Shown here: piece after piece, positions 18,555 through 28,483 of the stretch | Position numbering within the stretch: position 1 is the first letter of the stretch | Layout of the letters: every line of letters begins with the position of its first letter | NCBI GenBank assembly: GCA_963776245.1 | Contig: CAVZLN010000006.1 | Span: 480,001-544,000, forward strand | Source: Candidatus Eiseniibacteriota bacterium | GTDB taxonomy: Bacteria; Eisenbacteria; RBG-16-71-46 | Direction of reading: 5' to 3' | Length of the DNA stretch: 64,000 bases | Notes under the pieces: generated by a model | Told to the model about the DNA's origin: nothing | Seen by the model: the letters and a program-made list of their open reading frames with translations, nothing else | Databases searched by the model: none | Made by a program: the position numbers and the translations under genes

Positions 18555-20137
18555 CGCGCACCTCCCGACGCGGCCGGGGGCGGCGCGGGATGACCGGCCG
18601 GAGGCAGCGCCGCCGGGCCGGTGGCCGGGGCGACCATGCGCGCGCTCATCTCGATGCGTTCTTGCGCCAGCCGCAACGTGGCGTCGAGCGACGGCTGCAT
18701 GCGGTCGAGGAACGGCTGCGGCATGACGCCCATCCAGAAGATCAGGATCAGGATCGGCGCGAACACCAGCCGCTCGCGCAGCGACAGGTCGGCGAGCTTC
18801 TCGTTCTCGGGGTGCGTGACCGGACCGAACATCACGCGCTGGAACATCCACAGCATGTAGACCGCCGACAGGATGACGCCGCTGGCGGCGATCGCGCCCC
18901 ACGCGGGGTGGGCGCGGAAGGCGCCGAGCAGCACCAGGAACTCGCCCACGAACCCGTTGGTGCCGGGCAGCCCGATGGACGACAGCGTCACCACCAGGAA
19001 GATGCTCGCGTACACCGGCAGCGGTTTCCACAGGCCGCCGAAGTCGCTGATCAGGCGGGTGTGGCGGCGTTCGTAGACCACCCCCACCAGCAGGAACAGC
19101 GCGCCGGTCGAGACCCCGTGGTTGAGCATCTGGAGCATCGCCCCCGCCATGCCCTGGGAGTTCATCGCGTACATGCCGAGCATGCAGAACCCGAGGTGGC
19201 TCACCGACGAGTACGCGACCAGCTTCTTGAGGTCGGGCTGCACCATGGCCACCAGCGCGCCGTAGATGATGCCGACCAGCGCGAGCCCGGCGATCCACGG
19301 CGCGAAGTGCGCCGAGGCCGACGGGAACAGCGGGATGGCGAAGCGCAGGAAGCCGTAGGTGCCCATCTTCAGGAGCACCGCGGCGAGGATGACCGAGCCC
19401 GCGGTGGGCGCCTCGACGTGCGCGTCGGGCAGCCAGGTGTGGAACGGGAACATCGGCACCTTGATCGCGAACGCGAAGGCGAACGCCAGGAACATCCAGG
19501 TCTGCGCCGCGGCCGCGATCGGCAGGCGGTAGAGCGCGTCGAGGTCGAAGCTGCCGGCTCCCATGACGCTCTTGTGCTGGAAGTAGAGCCACAGGATGGC
19601 GACCAGCATGAGCACGCTGCCGGCCATGGTGTAGAGGAAGAACTTCACCGCCGCGTAGATCCGGCGCTGACCGCCCCACACCCCGATGAGCAGGTACATC
19701 GGGATGAGCATGGCCTCCCAGAAGACGTAGAAGAGCAGCAGGTCGAGCGCCATGAAGGTGCCCAGCATGCCGGCCTCGAGCGCGAGCAGCAGCGCGAAGA
19801 ACTCGCGCGGACGCTTCTCGACCGCGCCGTAGGCGCTCACCACCGAGATCAGCGTGATCACCGTGGTGAGCAGGATGAGCAGCACGCTGATGCCGTCCAC
19901 CCCGAGGTGGTAGGTGGCGCCGAGCGCCGGCAGCCAGGCGCGATGCTCCTCGAACTGCCAGCCGGGCTGGCCGGGCAGGTAGCGCCACCACAGCGGCAGC
20001 GAGAGCACCAGCTCCGCGAGCGCGAACACGGTCGCCGACGTGCGGATCGCGCGGCGCGCGTCCGGCCGCATCAGGGCGGTGACGACCGCGCCCACCAGCG
20101 GCAGGACGAACAGCGAGGTCAGGTAGTATCCGTTCAC
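18551..20137 (-). CDS. nuoM: NADH-quinone oxidoreductase subunit M
   Basis: FYVFWEAMLIP, IKVPMFPFHTWLPDAHVEAP, KKLVAYSSVSH, GFVGEF. Confidence 0.96.
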   Translation of the reverse strand: MNGYYLTSLFVLPLVGAVVTALMRPDARRAIRTSATVFALAELVLSLPLWWRYLPGQPGWQFEEHRAWLPALGATYHLGVDGISVLLILLTTVITLISVVSAYGAVEKRPREFFALLLALEAGMLGTFMALDLLLFYVFWEAMLIPMYLLIGVWGGQRRIYAAVKFFLYTMAGSVLMLVAILWLYFQHKSVMGAGSFDLDALYRLPIAAAAQTWMFLAFAFAFAIKVPMFPFHTWLPDAHVEAPTAGSVILAAVLLKMGTYGFLRFAIPLFPSASAHFAPWIAGLALVGIIYGALVAMVQPDLKKLVAYSSVSHLGFCMLGMYAMNSQGMAGAMLQMLNHGVSTGALFLLVGVVYERRHTRLISDFGGLWKPLPVYASIFLVVTLSSIGLPGTNGFVGEFLVLLGAFRAHPAWGAIAASGVILSAVYMLWMFQRVMFGPVTHPENEKLADLSLRERLVFAPILILIFWMGVMPQPFLDRMQPSLDATLRLAQERIEMSARMVAPATGPAALPPAGHPAPPPAASGGAR

Positions 20138-20138
20138 G

Positions 20139-22100
20139 TCAGTGCCTCAGGAAGTGCAGGAGGAGCGCCGCCACGCCGAGCGTGAAGAACAGCGCGTAGG
20201 TGCCCACGAACCCGGTCTGCAGCAGACGAAGCCCCGCGGACACGAACTCGAACGTGTACCCCACGCCGTTCACCGTGCCGTCCACGATCTTCTCGTCCCA
20301 GAAGCGCCACAGCCGCTGGCTCGCCGCGTGGACCGGCGACACCACCGCGGCGCCGTACAGCTCGTCCACCCAGTACTTGTTCAGCAGCAGGCGGTGCGCC
20401 CCCGCGAAGCGCTGCTGGAGCGCGGTCGCGGTCTCGGGCCGCTGGAGGTAGAGCCGCAGCGCGGTGAGGATGCCGATCAGCGCCACCAGCACGGAGAGCG
20501 CGATCAGCGCCCATTCGGCGGTCGCGGTGAGCGCGTGCCCCGCGGCCGCGCCCTCGCCGTGCGACGTGACCCGCAGGCCGGCCGCGAACACCGGTTCGAG
20601 CCAGCGCTCCAGGGCGTGCCCGCCCTCGTGCGCGCCGAACCATTCGCGCATCACCAGCGGCGCCCCCACCAGGCCGCCCACCACCGAGAGCCCCGCGAGC
20701 ACCACCAGCGGCGCGATCATGGAGCGCGGCGACTCGTGCAGGTGGTGTTCCGCCTCGTGCGAGACCCGCGAGGGCCCGCGGAACGTCAGGATGTAGAGCC
20801 GGAACATGTAGAAGGCCGTGATCATCGCCCCCACCAGCCCCGCCAGCCACACGCCGTAGTGCCCGCTGGCGTACGCGCCGGCGAGGATCTCGTCCTTGCT
20901 GAAGAAGCCCGCGAACGGCGGGATGCCGGCGATGGCGATGCACGCGATCAGCATCACGCCGTGCGTCCACGGCAGCTTCGAGGCGAGGCCGCCCATCCGG
21001 CGCATGTCCTGCTCGTTCGACATCGCGTGGATGACCGAGCCCGCGCCGAGGAACAGCAGCGCCTTGAAGAACGCGTGGGTCATGAGGTGGAAGATGCCGG
21101 CCCCGAACGCGCCGACGCCCAGCCCCATGAACATGTAGCCGAGCTGGCTCACGGTGGAGTACGCCAGCACGCGCTTGATGTCGTTCTGCGCCAGGCCGAT
21201 GGTGGCGGCGAACAGCGCGGTCGCCGCGCCGACCACCGCGACCACCTCAAGCGAGACCGGCGCCATGCGGTAGAGCAGGTTCGAGCGCGCCACCATGTAC
21301 ACGCCCGCCGTCACCATGGTGGCGGCATGGATGAGCGCGGACACCGGCGTCGGGCCCTCCATGGCGTCGGGCAGCCAGATGTAGAGCGGCAGTTGCGCGC
21401 TCTTGCCGGTGGCGCCGAGGAACATGAGCAGGGTCGCGGCGGTGATCACCGCCGAGCCCACCGCGAACACGTGCGGCGCGGCCGCGAACACGCGCTCGTA
21501 GCTGAGGCTGCCGGTGGCGCCGAACAGGATGAACATGCCGAGCAGGAAGCCGAAGTCGCCGATGCGGTTGACGACGAACGCCTTCTTGCCGGCCTCGGCC
21601 GCCGAGGGCTTCGCGTACCAGAAGCCGATCAGCAGGTACGAGCACAGCCCCACGCCCTCCCAGCCCACGAACATGAGCAGGTAGTTGTCCGCGAGCACCA
21701 GCGTGAGCATCGCGAACATGAACAGGTTCAGGTACATGAAGAAGCGCCGGAACGAGGGATCGTGCGCCATGTACCCGATCGAGTAGACGTGGATCAGGAA
21801 GCCCACGCCGGTCACCACCAGCGCCATCACGCTCGAGAGCGGGTCGAGCAGGAAGGAGACGTCCACCCGCAGATCGCCGACCTGCATCCAGGTGTAGAGC
21901 GTGTCGACGATCCGGCGCTCCTCGGCCGGCATCCCCGCCAGCGCCAGCACCGCGCGCAGCGCGAACACGAACGCCAGCCCCACCGCGCCGCACGCCAGCC
22001 ACGCGGTCCCGCGCTTGCCGAGGCGGTCGCCCACGAGGAGATTGAGGGCCACCGCCGCGAGCGGCAGCGCCGGGATGATCCAGAGCACGGGTCCGTTCAC
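20139..22100 (-). CDS. nuoL: NADH-quinone oxidoreductase subunit L
   Basis: GWEGVGLCSYLLIGF, GKSAQLPLYIWLPDAMEGPTPVSALIHAATMV, HAFFKALLF. Confidence 0.97.
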   Translation of the reverse strand: MNGPVLWIIPALPLAAVALNLLVGDRLGKRGTAWLACGAVGLAFVFALRAVLALAGMPAEERRIVDTLYTWMQVGDLRVDVSFLLDPLSSVMALVVTGVGFLIHVYSIGYMAHDPSFRRFFMYLNLFMFAMLTLVLADNYLLMFVGWEGVGLCSYLLIGFWYAKPSAAEAGKKAFVVNRIGDFGFLLGMFILFGATGSLSYERVFAAAPHVFAVGSAVITAATLLMFLGATGKSAQLPLYIWLPDAMEGPTPVSALIHAATMVTAGVYMVARSNLLYRMAPVSLEVVAVVGAATALFAATIGLAQNDIKRVLAYSTVSQLGYMFMGLGVGAFGAGIFHLMTHAFFKALLFLGAGSVIHAMSNEQDMRRMGGLASKLPWTHGVMLIACIAIAGIPPFAGFFSKDEILAGAYASGHYGVWLAGLVGAMITAFYMFRLYILTFRGPSRVSHEAEHHLHESPRSMIAPLVVLAGLSVVGGLVGAPLVMREWFGAHEGGHALERWLEPVFAAGLRVTSHGEGAAAGHALTATAEWALIALSVLVALIGILTALRLYLQRPETATALQQRFAGAHRLLLNKYWVDELYGAAVVSPVHAASQRLWRFWDEKIVDGTVNGVGYTFEFVSAGLRLLQTGFVGTYALFFTLGVAALLLHFLRH

Positions 22101-22107
22101 GGGTGGG

Positions 22108-22410
22108 TCAGCCTTTCAGCAGGTTGATCTCGTCCACGAAGACCGTCTCGCGCAGGCGGAACATGTTGACGATGATCGCGAGTCCCACGGCGACCTCGGC
22201 CGCCGCGACGGTCATGACGAAGAACACGAACACCTGGCCGTCCACCGAGCCGAAGTGGCGCGCGAACGCCACGAACGCCAGGTTGGCGGCATTGAGCATG
22301 AGTTCGATGGACATGAAGATGACGAGCGCGTTGCGGCGCACCAGCACGCCCACCAGGCCGATGGTGAACACCAGCGCGCTGAGCGCGAGGCTCCACGACA
22401 GCGGGATCAT
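22108..22410 (-). CDS. nuoK: NADH-quinone oxidoreductase subunit K
   Basis: [31 protein letters not shown]. Confidence 0.97.
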   Translation of the reverse strand: MIPLSWSLALSALVFTIGLVGVLVRRNALVIFMSIELMLNAANLAFVAFARHFGSVDGQVFVFFVMTVAAAEVAVGLAIIVNMFRLRETVFVDEINLLKG

Positions 22411-22964
22411 GACGCGTCTCCTCCGGTGGGGCCGGCGCCCGGCCCGCCGGGCCCGGGCCCGCGACGGACGCGGGTGATGACGATGGCGCCCACCATGGCG
22501 ACCAGCAGCACCATCGAGGTGATCTCGAACGGGAACAGGTAGCGGCTGTAGAGCGCGAGCCCGATCTGCTCGGTGTTGCCGTACATCGAGGGAAGCGCGG
22601 TCGACACCGGTCCCGCCGACCAGCCGCGGCCGGCGAGCAGCGCGCCGAGGCCGAGCACCAGCACGCCGAGCAGCCAGCCGAAGCCGCGCCGCAGCGCGAT
22701 CTGAACCCCGCTCTCCACGTCGTGCGTGAGGTTCAGGTACATGATCACGAACAGGAACAGCACCATGATGGCGCCGGCGTACACGATGATCTGCACCATC
22801 CCGAGGAACTCGGCCCGCATCGTCAGGTAGATCGCGCCGAGCGACACGAATCCGAGCACCAGGAACAGCGCGCTCGCCACCGGGCTGCGCTGCAGCACCA
22901 CCATCAGGCTCGAGACCACCAGCAACGCGCCGAAGACGATGAACAGTCCCTGGACGAGGCTCAT
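22407..22964 (-). CDS. nuoJ: NADH-quinone oxidoreductase subunit J
   Basis: [37 protein letters not shown]. Confidence 0.95.
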   Translation of the reverse strand: MSLVQGLFIVFGALLVVSSLMVVLQRSPVASALFLVLGFVSLGAIYLTMRAEFLGMVQIIVYAGAIMVLFLFVIMYLNLTHDVESGVQIALRRGFGWLLGVLVLGLGALLAGRGWSAGPVSTALPSMYGNTEQIGLALYSRYLFPFEITSMVLLVAMVGAIVITRVRRGPGPGGPGAGPTGGDAS

Positions 22965-23986
22965 GCCGGCTGCCTCCAGTAGATCAGCAGCGCCGTGACC
23001 ACGATGTTGAGGATCGAGGCCGGCAGCAGGACCTTCCAGCCCAGGCCCATGAGCTGGTCGTAGCGGAGGCGCGGGAAGGTCCAGCGCACCCAGATGAAGA
23101 AGAACAGCAGCACCGACACCTTGCCGAGGAACCACAGCACCTTGAGGTTCTCGGGCAGGAACGGGCCGTTCCAGCCGCCCAGGAAGAGCGCGACGGCGAT
23201 GCTGCAGATGGTGATGATGTTCATGTACTCGCCGAGGAAGAACAGCCCCCACTTCATGGACGAGTACTCGACGTGGAAGCCCGCCACCAGTTCGGCCTCG
23301 GCCTCGGGCAGGTCGAACGGCGCGCGGTTGGTCTCGGCCAGCGCGCAGATCATGAAGATCACGAAGCCGAGCGGCTGGAACAGGACGTACCAGCCCGGCA
23401 CCGGGACCGGGCCGACGTGGAGCATCGCCGACTGCCCTTCGACGATCTTCGTCAGGGAGAGCGAGCCGGCGAGCAGGATCGGGCCGATGGTCGCGAGGCC
23501 CATGCTGAGCTCGTACGAGATCATCTGGGCCGCGGAGCGCAGGCCGCCGAGCAGGGCGTACTTGTTGTTCGACGACCAGCCCGCGAGCGTGATCGAGTAC
23601 ACCCCGAGGCTCGACATCGCGAGGAACACCAGCAGGCCGACGTTCACGTCGGTCACCGTCACGCCGGGCCCCAGCGGGAGCACCGCGAACACCACCAGCG
23701 CGGGGATCACCGCCAGCGCCGGGGCGATGTGGTAGATCACCTTGTTCGACTCCGCCGCGATGAACTCCTCTTTGAAGAACAGCTTGAGGATGTCGGCGAC
23801 GGGCTGCAGCAGGCCGAACGGGCCGACGCGATTCGGGCCGGTGCGCGCCTGCATGTGACCGGCGACCTTGCGCTCGACCCAGATCAGGTACGAGACCACG
23901 CCCAGCAGGCCGCCGAGGATCGCGACCAGCTTCACGACCACCCAGAAGACGTACTGGAAGTCCGGGTTGCTCCAGAGTGCGGCCAT
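22961..23986 (-). CDS. nuoH: NADH-quinone oxidoreductase subunit H
   Basis: [53 protein letters not shown]. Confidence 0.97.
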   Translation of the reverse strand: MAALWSNPDFQYVFWVVVKLVAILGGLLGVVSYLIWVERKVAGHMQARTGPNRVGPFGLLQPVADILKLFFKEEFIAAESNKVIYHIAPALAVIPALVVFAVLPLGPGVTVTDVNVGLLVFLAMSSLGVYSITLAGWSSNNKYALLGGLRSAAQMISYELSMGLATIGPILLAGSLSLTKIVEGQSAMLHVGPVPVPGWYVLFQPLGFVIFMICALAETNRAPFDLPEAEAELVAGFHVEYSSMKWGLFFLGEYMNIITICSIAVALFLGGWNGPFLPENLKVLWFLGKVSVLLFFFIWVRWTFPRLRYDQLMGLGWKVLLPASILNIVVTALLIYWRQPA

Positions 23987-24000
23987 CCCGCCCTGGTCTC

Positions 24001-26676
24001 CTATACGTGCGCCGGCGCGCCCGACTTCGACACCCGGACCTTGAGGCCCGCGCCCACGGGGGCGCCGAGCCGGTTGAGTTCCACTTCCGCGAAGGCGTAA
24101 GGCACGAACACGCTCCCCGGCGGCACCGTGTCGTCGAGCGCGGCGGGCAGCCGCAGCGTGCCGGCGGGGCCGGCGAGTTCCACGGTCTCGCCCTCGCCCA
24201 CGCCGAGGCGCCGGGCCTCGCCCGGGTTCAGCGCGGCGCGCGCCGCGCCGGCGAGACCCGGGAGCGTGGTGCCGCGGTACGAGATGCTGCCCTGCAGGAA
24301 CAGCGTGCCGCCCGAGAGCAGCCACAGCCCGTCGCCCGCCGGCGCCGCGCCGCCGTTGGCGGGCGCGACCCCCGGCACCGCCGCGCCCTCGCGCGACCAC
24401 TGGGGCCCGAGCGGCAGCAGCGTCGCCCACGACGTGCCCTGGAAGCCCGGCACCAGGCGCGCGATCTCGCGCCAGACGTCCTCGGGGCTGCGATACGCCC
24501 AGGTGGCGCCGAGCGCGCGCGCCACCGCCTGGAACACTTCGCCGTCCGGACGCGTGCCGCGCCGCGGGGACAGCGCGCGCGCCACGCGCTGCAGCCGGCG
24601 CTCGCAGTTCACCATCACGCCCTCCTTCTCGGCGAAGGAGGCGGCCGGGAACACCACGTGCGCCTGCCGCGCGGTGGCGGTGAGGAACAGGTCGCTCACG
24701 ATCACCAGCTCGGCGCGCGCGAGCGCCTGCTCGGCCAGCGCGCGGTCGGGCGCGCTGCTCAGCCACTCGTCGCTCACGATCCACAGCGCCTTCACGCTGC
24801 CGGCGGCGGCGGCGCGCAGGATCTCGGGCGCCGAGAGGCCGGGCGCGGTGGGCAGCGTGCACTGCCACTGGCGCGCGAACGCCTCGGTGGCCGCCGGGTC
24901 GTCAGGCGCCAGGTACCCGGGCAGCCGGTCGGGCGTCAGGCCCATGTCGAGCGCGCCCTGGCTGTTGCTGTTCGGGCCAAGGTACATGACCCGCGCGCGC
25001 CGCGCGGAGAGCAGGCCGGTCATCCAGCCCAGGTTCTCGACCGCCTGCAGCAGCGCCGGCGCCTCCGGGTGCTCGGCGAGCGCGCGACCGAACAGGATCG
25101 CCCCGCGCTGGGACTCGCGCAGGCGCCTGGCCGCCGCGGTGACCGCCGCGGCCGGCACGCCGGTCGCCGCTTCGACCCGTTCCGGCGTGGAGGCCGCGAG
25201 CGCCTGCTGGAGCGCGGGCACCCCCTGCGCCACCGAGGCGGGCAGGTCGGCCGGCACGCCCAGTTCGAGCGCGGCGCGCGTGAGGCCGTTGAGGAGCGCG
25301 AGCTCGCTGCCGGGCCGCAGCGCCAGGTGGTCGCCGCGGAACTTCGGCCGCGCGAGCTTCACGCGCCGCGGGTGCGCCACCGTCAGGTGCGTGCCCCGCT
25401 GGTGCTGGCCCTGGATGAGCCGCGCCTGGGCGAACGGCGATTCCCCCTGCAGGTCGTCGCCGAGCACCAGCACCTCGTCGGCCTCGACCAGGTCCGCGAG
25501 CGCGAGCGCCGGCCGGCCCGCGCCGGTGGCGCGCAGCAGCGCGTCGCCCGGGACCCGCGCGGTGAAGCGGGTGCGCGCGTCCACGTTGGAGGTGCCCAGC
25601 ACGGCGCGCGCGAGCTTCTGGAACAGGTACTGCTCCTCGAGCGTGAGCTTCTCGCCGCCGAGGAACGCGACCGCGCCCGGCCCGTGGGCCGTCGCGATGT
25701 CGCGCAGGCGCGCGGACGCGAACGCCACCGCCTCGTCGAAGCCGGCGGGCTGCAGCGTGCCGCCGCTGCGCAGCAGCGGGCTCGCGAGGCGCTCGGCGCT
25801 GTTCACGAACTCGTGGCCGAAGCGGCCGCGCACGCACAGGTACTCCTGGTTCACGCCGCGCAGTTCGGTGCCGCGCGCGCGCATCACCTCCATGCCGCGC
25901 ACCCCGAGGCGGACCGAGCAGCCGTTCGAGCAGTAGGGGCAGAGGGTGATGTGCTGGCGCAGGTCCCACGGGCGCGCCTTGAAGCGGTAGGGCAAAGCGG
26001 TGAGCGCGCCCACCGGGCACACCTCGATGCAGTTACCGCACTGCTCGCACTCGAGCGGCTGGCGGTCGAACGAGGAGATCTCGGTGCGCGCGCCGCGCTG
26101 GTGCGCGGTCAGCGCGTCCTCGCCCATGATCTCGTCGCAGTAGCGCACGCAGCGCATGCACACGATGCAGCGGTTCGCCTCCTTCTTGACGATCGGACCG
26201 AGGTCCTCGGAGACGAACGTGCGCTTGGGCTCCTGCATGCGCGAGAAGTCGGCGCCGAACGCGAACGCCAGGTCCTGCAGCTGGCACTCGCCGCCCTCGT
26301 CGCACACCGGGCAGTCGAGCGGATGGTTGACCAGCAGGAACTCCATCACGCCCTCGCGCGCCTTGATGGCGGCCGGCGAGGCGGTGCGCACGTGCATGCC
26401 GTCGGAGACCGGCGTGGTGCAGCCGGTCTGGACCTTGGGCATCCACGCGATCTCGGGGAGGCCATCGGGCCCCGTCACCGGCTTGCGGTCAGGGCCGAGA
26501 CGCGGGGTCCCCACCTCGACGACGCAGATGCGGCAGGCGCCGAGCGGCGGCAGCTTGCGATGCGAGCAGAACACCGGGATGTGGATCTCGGCGGTGCGCG
26601 CGGCCTCGGTGATCAGCGTGCCCGCGGGGACCTCGACGGTGCGGCCGTCGATCGTGACCTTGCAGGGGGCGCTCAC
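24001..26676 (-). CDS. nuoG: NADH-quinone oxidoreductase subunit G
   Basis: GACRICVVE, NHPLDCPVCDEGGECQLQD, RCIVCMRC, CGNCIEVCPVGAL, CPYCSNGC; GTG start 26676. Confidence 0.95.
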   Translation of the reverse strand: MSAPCKVTIDGRTVEVPAGTLITEAARTAEIHIPVFCSHRKLPPLGACRICVVEVGTPRLGPDRKPVTGPDGLPEIAWMPKVQTGCTTPVSDGMHVRTASPAAIKAREGVMEFLLVNHPLDCPVCDEGGECQLQDLAFAFGADFSRMQEPKRTFVSEDLGPIVKKEANRCIVCMRCVRYCDEIMGEDALTAHQRGARTEISSFDRQPLECEQCGNCIEVCPVGALTALPYRFKARPWDLRQHITLCPYCSNGCSVRLGVRGMEVMRARGTELRGVNQEYLCVRGRFGHEFVNSAERLASPLLRSGGTLQPAGFDEAVAFASARLRDIATAHGPGAVAFLGGEKLTLEEQYLFQKLARAVLGTSNVDARTRFTARVPGDALLRATGAGRPALALADLVEADEVLVLGDDLQGESPFAQARLIQGQHQRGTHLTVAHPRRVKLARPKFRGDHLALRPGSELALLNGLTRAALELGVPADLPASVAQGVPALQQALAASTPERVEAATGVPAAAVTAAARRLRESQRGAILFGRALAEHPEAPALLQAVENLGWMTGLLSARRARVMYLGPNSNSQGALDMGLTPDRLPGYLAPDDPAATEAFARQWQCTLPTAPGLSAPEILRAAAAGSVKALWIVSDEWLSSAPDRALAEQALARAELVIVSDLFLTATARQAHVVFPAASFAEKEGVMVNCERRLQRVARALSPRRGTRPDGEVFQAVARALGATWAYRSPEDVWREIARLVPGFQGTSWATLLPLGPQWSREGAAVPGVAPANGGAAPAGDGLWLLSGGTLFLQGSISYRGTTLPGLAGAARAALNPGEARRLGVGEGETVELAGPAGTLRLPAALDDTVPPGSVFVPYAFAEVELNRLGAPVGAGLKVRVSKSGAPAHV

Positions 26677-27971
26677 GCCGGCACCCCCGTCAGGGACTCG
26701 CGGCGGCGGTTGACCACGCACTGCTTGTGCTGGATGTGGTATTCGAACTCGTCGCGGAAGTGCTTGAGGAAGCCCATCACCGGCATCGCGGCCGCGTCCC
26801 CGAGGGCGCAGAACGACTTGCCGAGGATGTTGTCGGCGGCGTCGTTCAGCACGTCGAGGTCGGTGGGCCGGCCCTCGCCGTTCTCCAGCCGCTCGAGGAT
26901 GCGCGTCATCCAGTAGGTGCCTTCGCGGCACGGCGTGCACTTCCCGCACGACTCGTGGCGGTAGAAGCGGCTGATGTTGAGCAGCGCGTCTACCAGGCAG
27001 GTGCGGTCGTCGATGACGATGACCGCCCCCGAGCCGAGGAACGTGCCCACGGCGTTCATCGATTCGAAGTCGAGCGGGGTGTCGATCAGCGAGGCGGGCA
27101 GGGGCGGCACCGACGAGCCGCCGGGGATGATCGCCTTCACCTTCAGCCCGTCCCGCATCCCGCCGCAGTGCTCCTCGATCAGGGTGCGCAGGGGCGTGCC
27201 GAGCGCCACCTCGTAGTTCCCTGGCCGCTTCACCGGCCCGGAGACGCTGAACACCTTGGTGCCCGGGCTCTTCTCGTTGCCCCACTGACGGTACCAGGCG
27301 CCGCCGTGACGGAGGATGTGCGGCACGTTCATCAGCGTCTCGACGTTGTTCACCACCGTCGGGCAGCGATAGACGCCCTCGACCGCCGGGAACGGCGGCT
27401 TGAGGCGCGGCTGGCCGCGGTAGCCCTCGAGCGACGACAGCAGCGCCGTCTCCTCGCCGCAGATGTAGGCGCCCGCGCCGAGATGGGTGTGCAGCTCGAA
27501 GCGGAAGCCGCTGCCCGCGATGTCGGCGCCCAGCAGTGAGGCGGCGCGCGCCTCGGCGATCGCCGCGTCGAGGCGATGCTGCAGGTACTCGAACTCCCCG
27601 CGCAGGTAGATGTAGCCGGTGTTCGCCTGGATCGCCCAGCCCGCGAGGATCACGCCCTCGATCAGCAGGTGCGGGTTGAGGCGCAGCAGCTCGTGGTCCT
27701 TGAAGGTGCCAGGCTCGGATTCGTCGGCGTTGCACACGATGTACTTCGGCTTGGCGTTCCCCTTGGGCACGAAGCTCCACTTCAGGCCGGTCGGGAAGCC
27801 CGCGCCGCCGCGTCCGCGCAGCCCCGAGGCCTTGACCGCCTCGATGCAGGCGTCCGGCTCCTGCTTCCCGAGCACCGCGGCGAGCGTCTCGTAGCCGCCC
27901 TGCCGGCGATAGCCCTCGAGCGAGGCCAGGCCGGGCGCGTCGATGTCCTTGAAGAGCAGTGGGCCTCTCAC
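26673..27971 (-). CDS. nuoF: NADH-quinone oxidoreductase subunit F
   Basis: SGLRGRGGAGFPTG, NADESEPGTFKD, GAYICGEET, ESCGKCTPCREG. Confidence 0.97.
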   Translation of the reverse strand: MRGPLLFKDIDAPGLASLEGYRRQGGYETLAAVLGKQEPDACIEAVKASGLRGRGGAGFPTGLKWSFVPKGNAKPKYIVCNADESEPGTFKDHELLRLNPHLLIEGVILAGWAIQANTGYIYLRGEFEYLQHRLDAAIAEARAASLLGADIAGSGFRFELHTHLGAGAYICGEETALLSSLEGYRGQPRLKPPFPAVEGVYRCPTVVNNVETLMNVPHILRHGGAWYRQWGNEKSPGTKVFSVSGPVKRPGNYEVALGTPLRTLIEEHCGGMRDGLKVKAIIPGGSSVPPLPASLIDTPLDFESMNAVGTFLGSGAVIVIDDRTCLVDALLNISRFYRHESCGKCTPCREGTYWMTRILERLENGEGRPTDLDVLNDAADNILGKSFCALGDAAAMPVMGFLKHFRDEFEYHIQHKQCVVNRRRESLTGVPA

Positions 27972-28483
27972 CTGAGCGTCTCCAGCAGCGCGTCCACCTT
28001 CGCCTCGTCGAGGTTCTCGTGGAAGTCGAAGTTCACCTGCATGCACGGTCCGCCGCCACACGCCGCGAGGCACTCGACCTTGCGCAGCGTGAAGCGGCCG
28101 TCCTTCGTGGTCTCGCCATGCCCGACGTGGAGCTTCTTCTCGAGGTGGCGGAACAGCCGGTCGGCCCCCATCAGGGAGCACGACAGCGTCATGCACACCT
28201 GGAGGTGGTATTTCCCCACCGGCTGCAGATTGAACATGGTGTAGAACGTGGCCACGCCGAACACCTCGGCCTCGTCGAGCTCGACGAAGCGCGCCGCATG
28301 GCGGAGCGCCTCGGGCGGCAGCCAGCCGTGCTCCTTCTGGAGGATCCACAGCACCGGCAGCAGCGCCGAGCGCTTGTTCGGGTAGCGCGTCAGCGCCTGT
28401 TCCATCTCGGCGCGCGCGGCTTCGGAGACCTTCAGCGGCGCGAGACCGCGGGCCGGCATCACGGTCGTGGCGGCGTCGCTCAT
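27968..28483 (-). CDS. nuoE: NADH-quinone oxidoreductase subunit E
   Basis: VATFYTMF, CMTLSC..CLAAC 2Fe-2S ligands. Confidence 0.95.
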   Translation of the reverse strand: MSDAATTVMPARGLAPLKVSEAARAEMEQALTRYPNKRSALLPVLWILQKEHGWLPPEALRHAARFVELDEAEVFGVATFYTMFNLQPVGKYHLQVCMTLSCSLMGADRLFRHLEKKLHVGHGETTKDGRFTLRKVECLAACGGGPCMQVNFDFHENLDEAKVDALLETLR

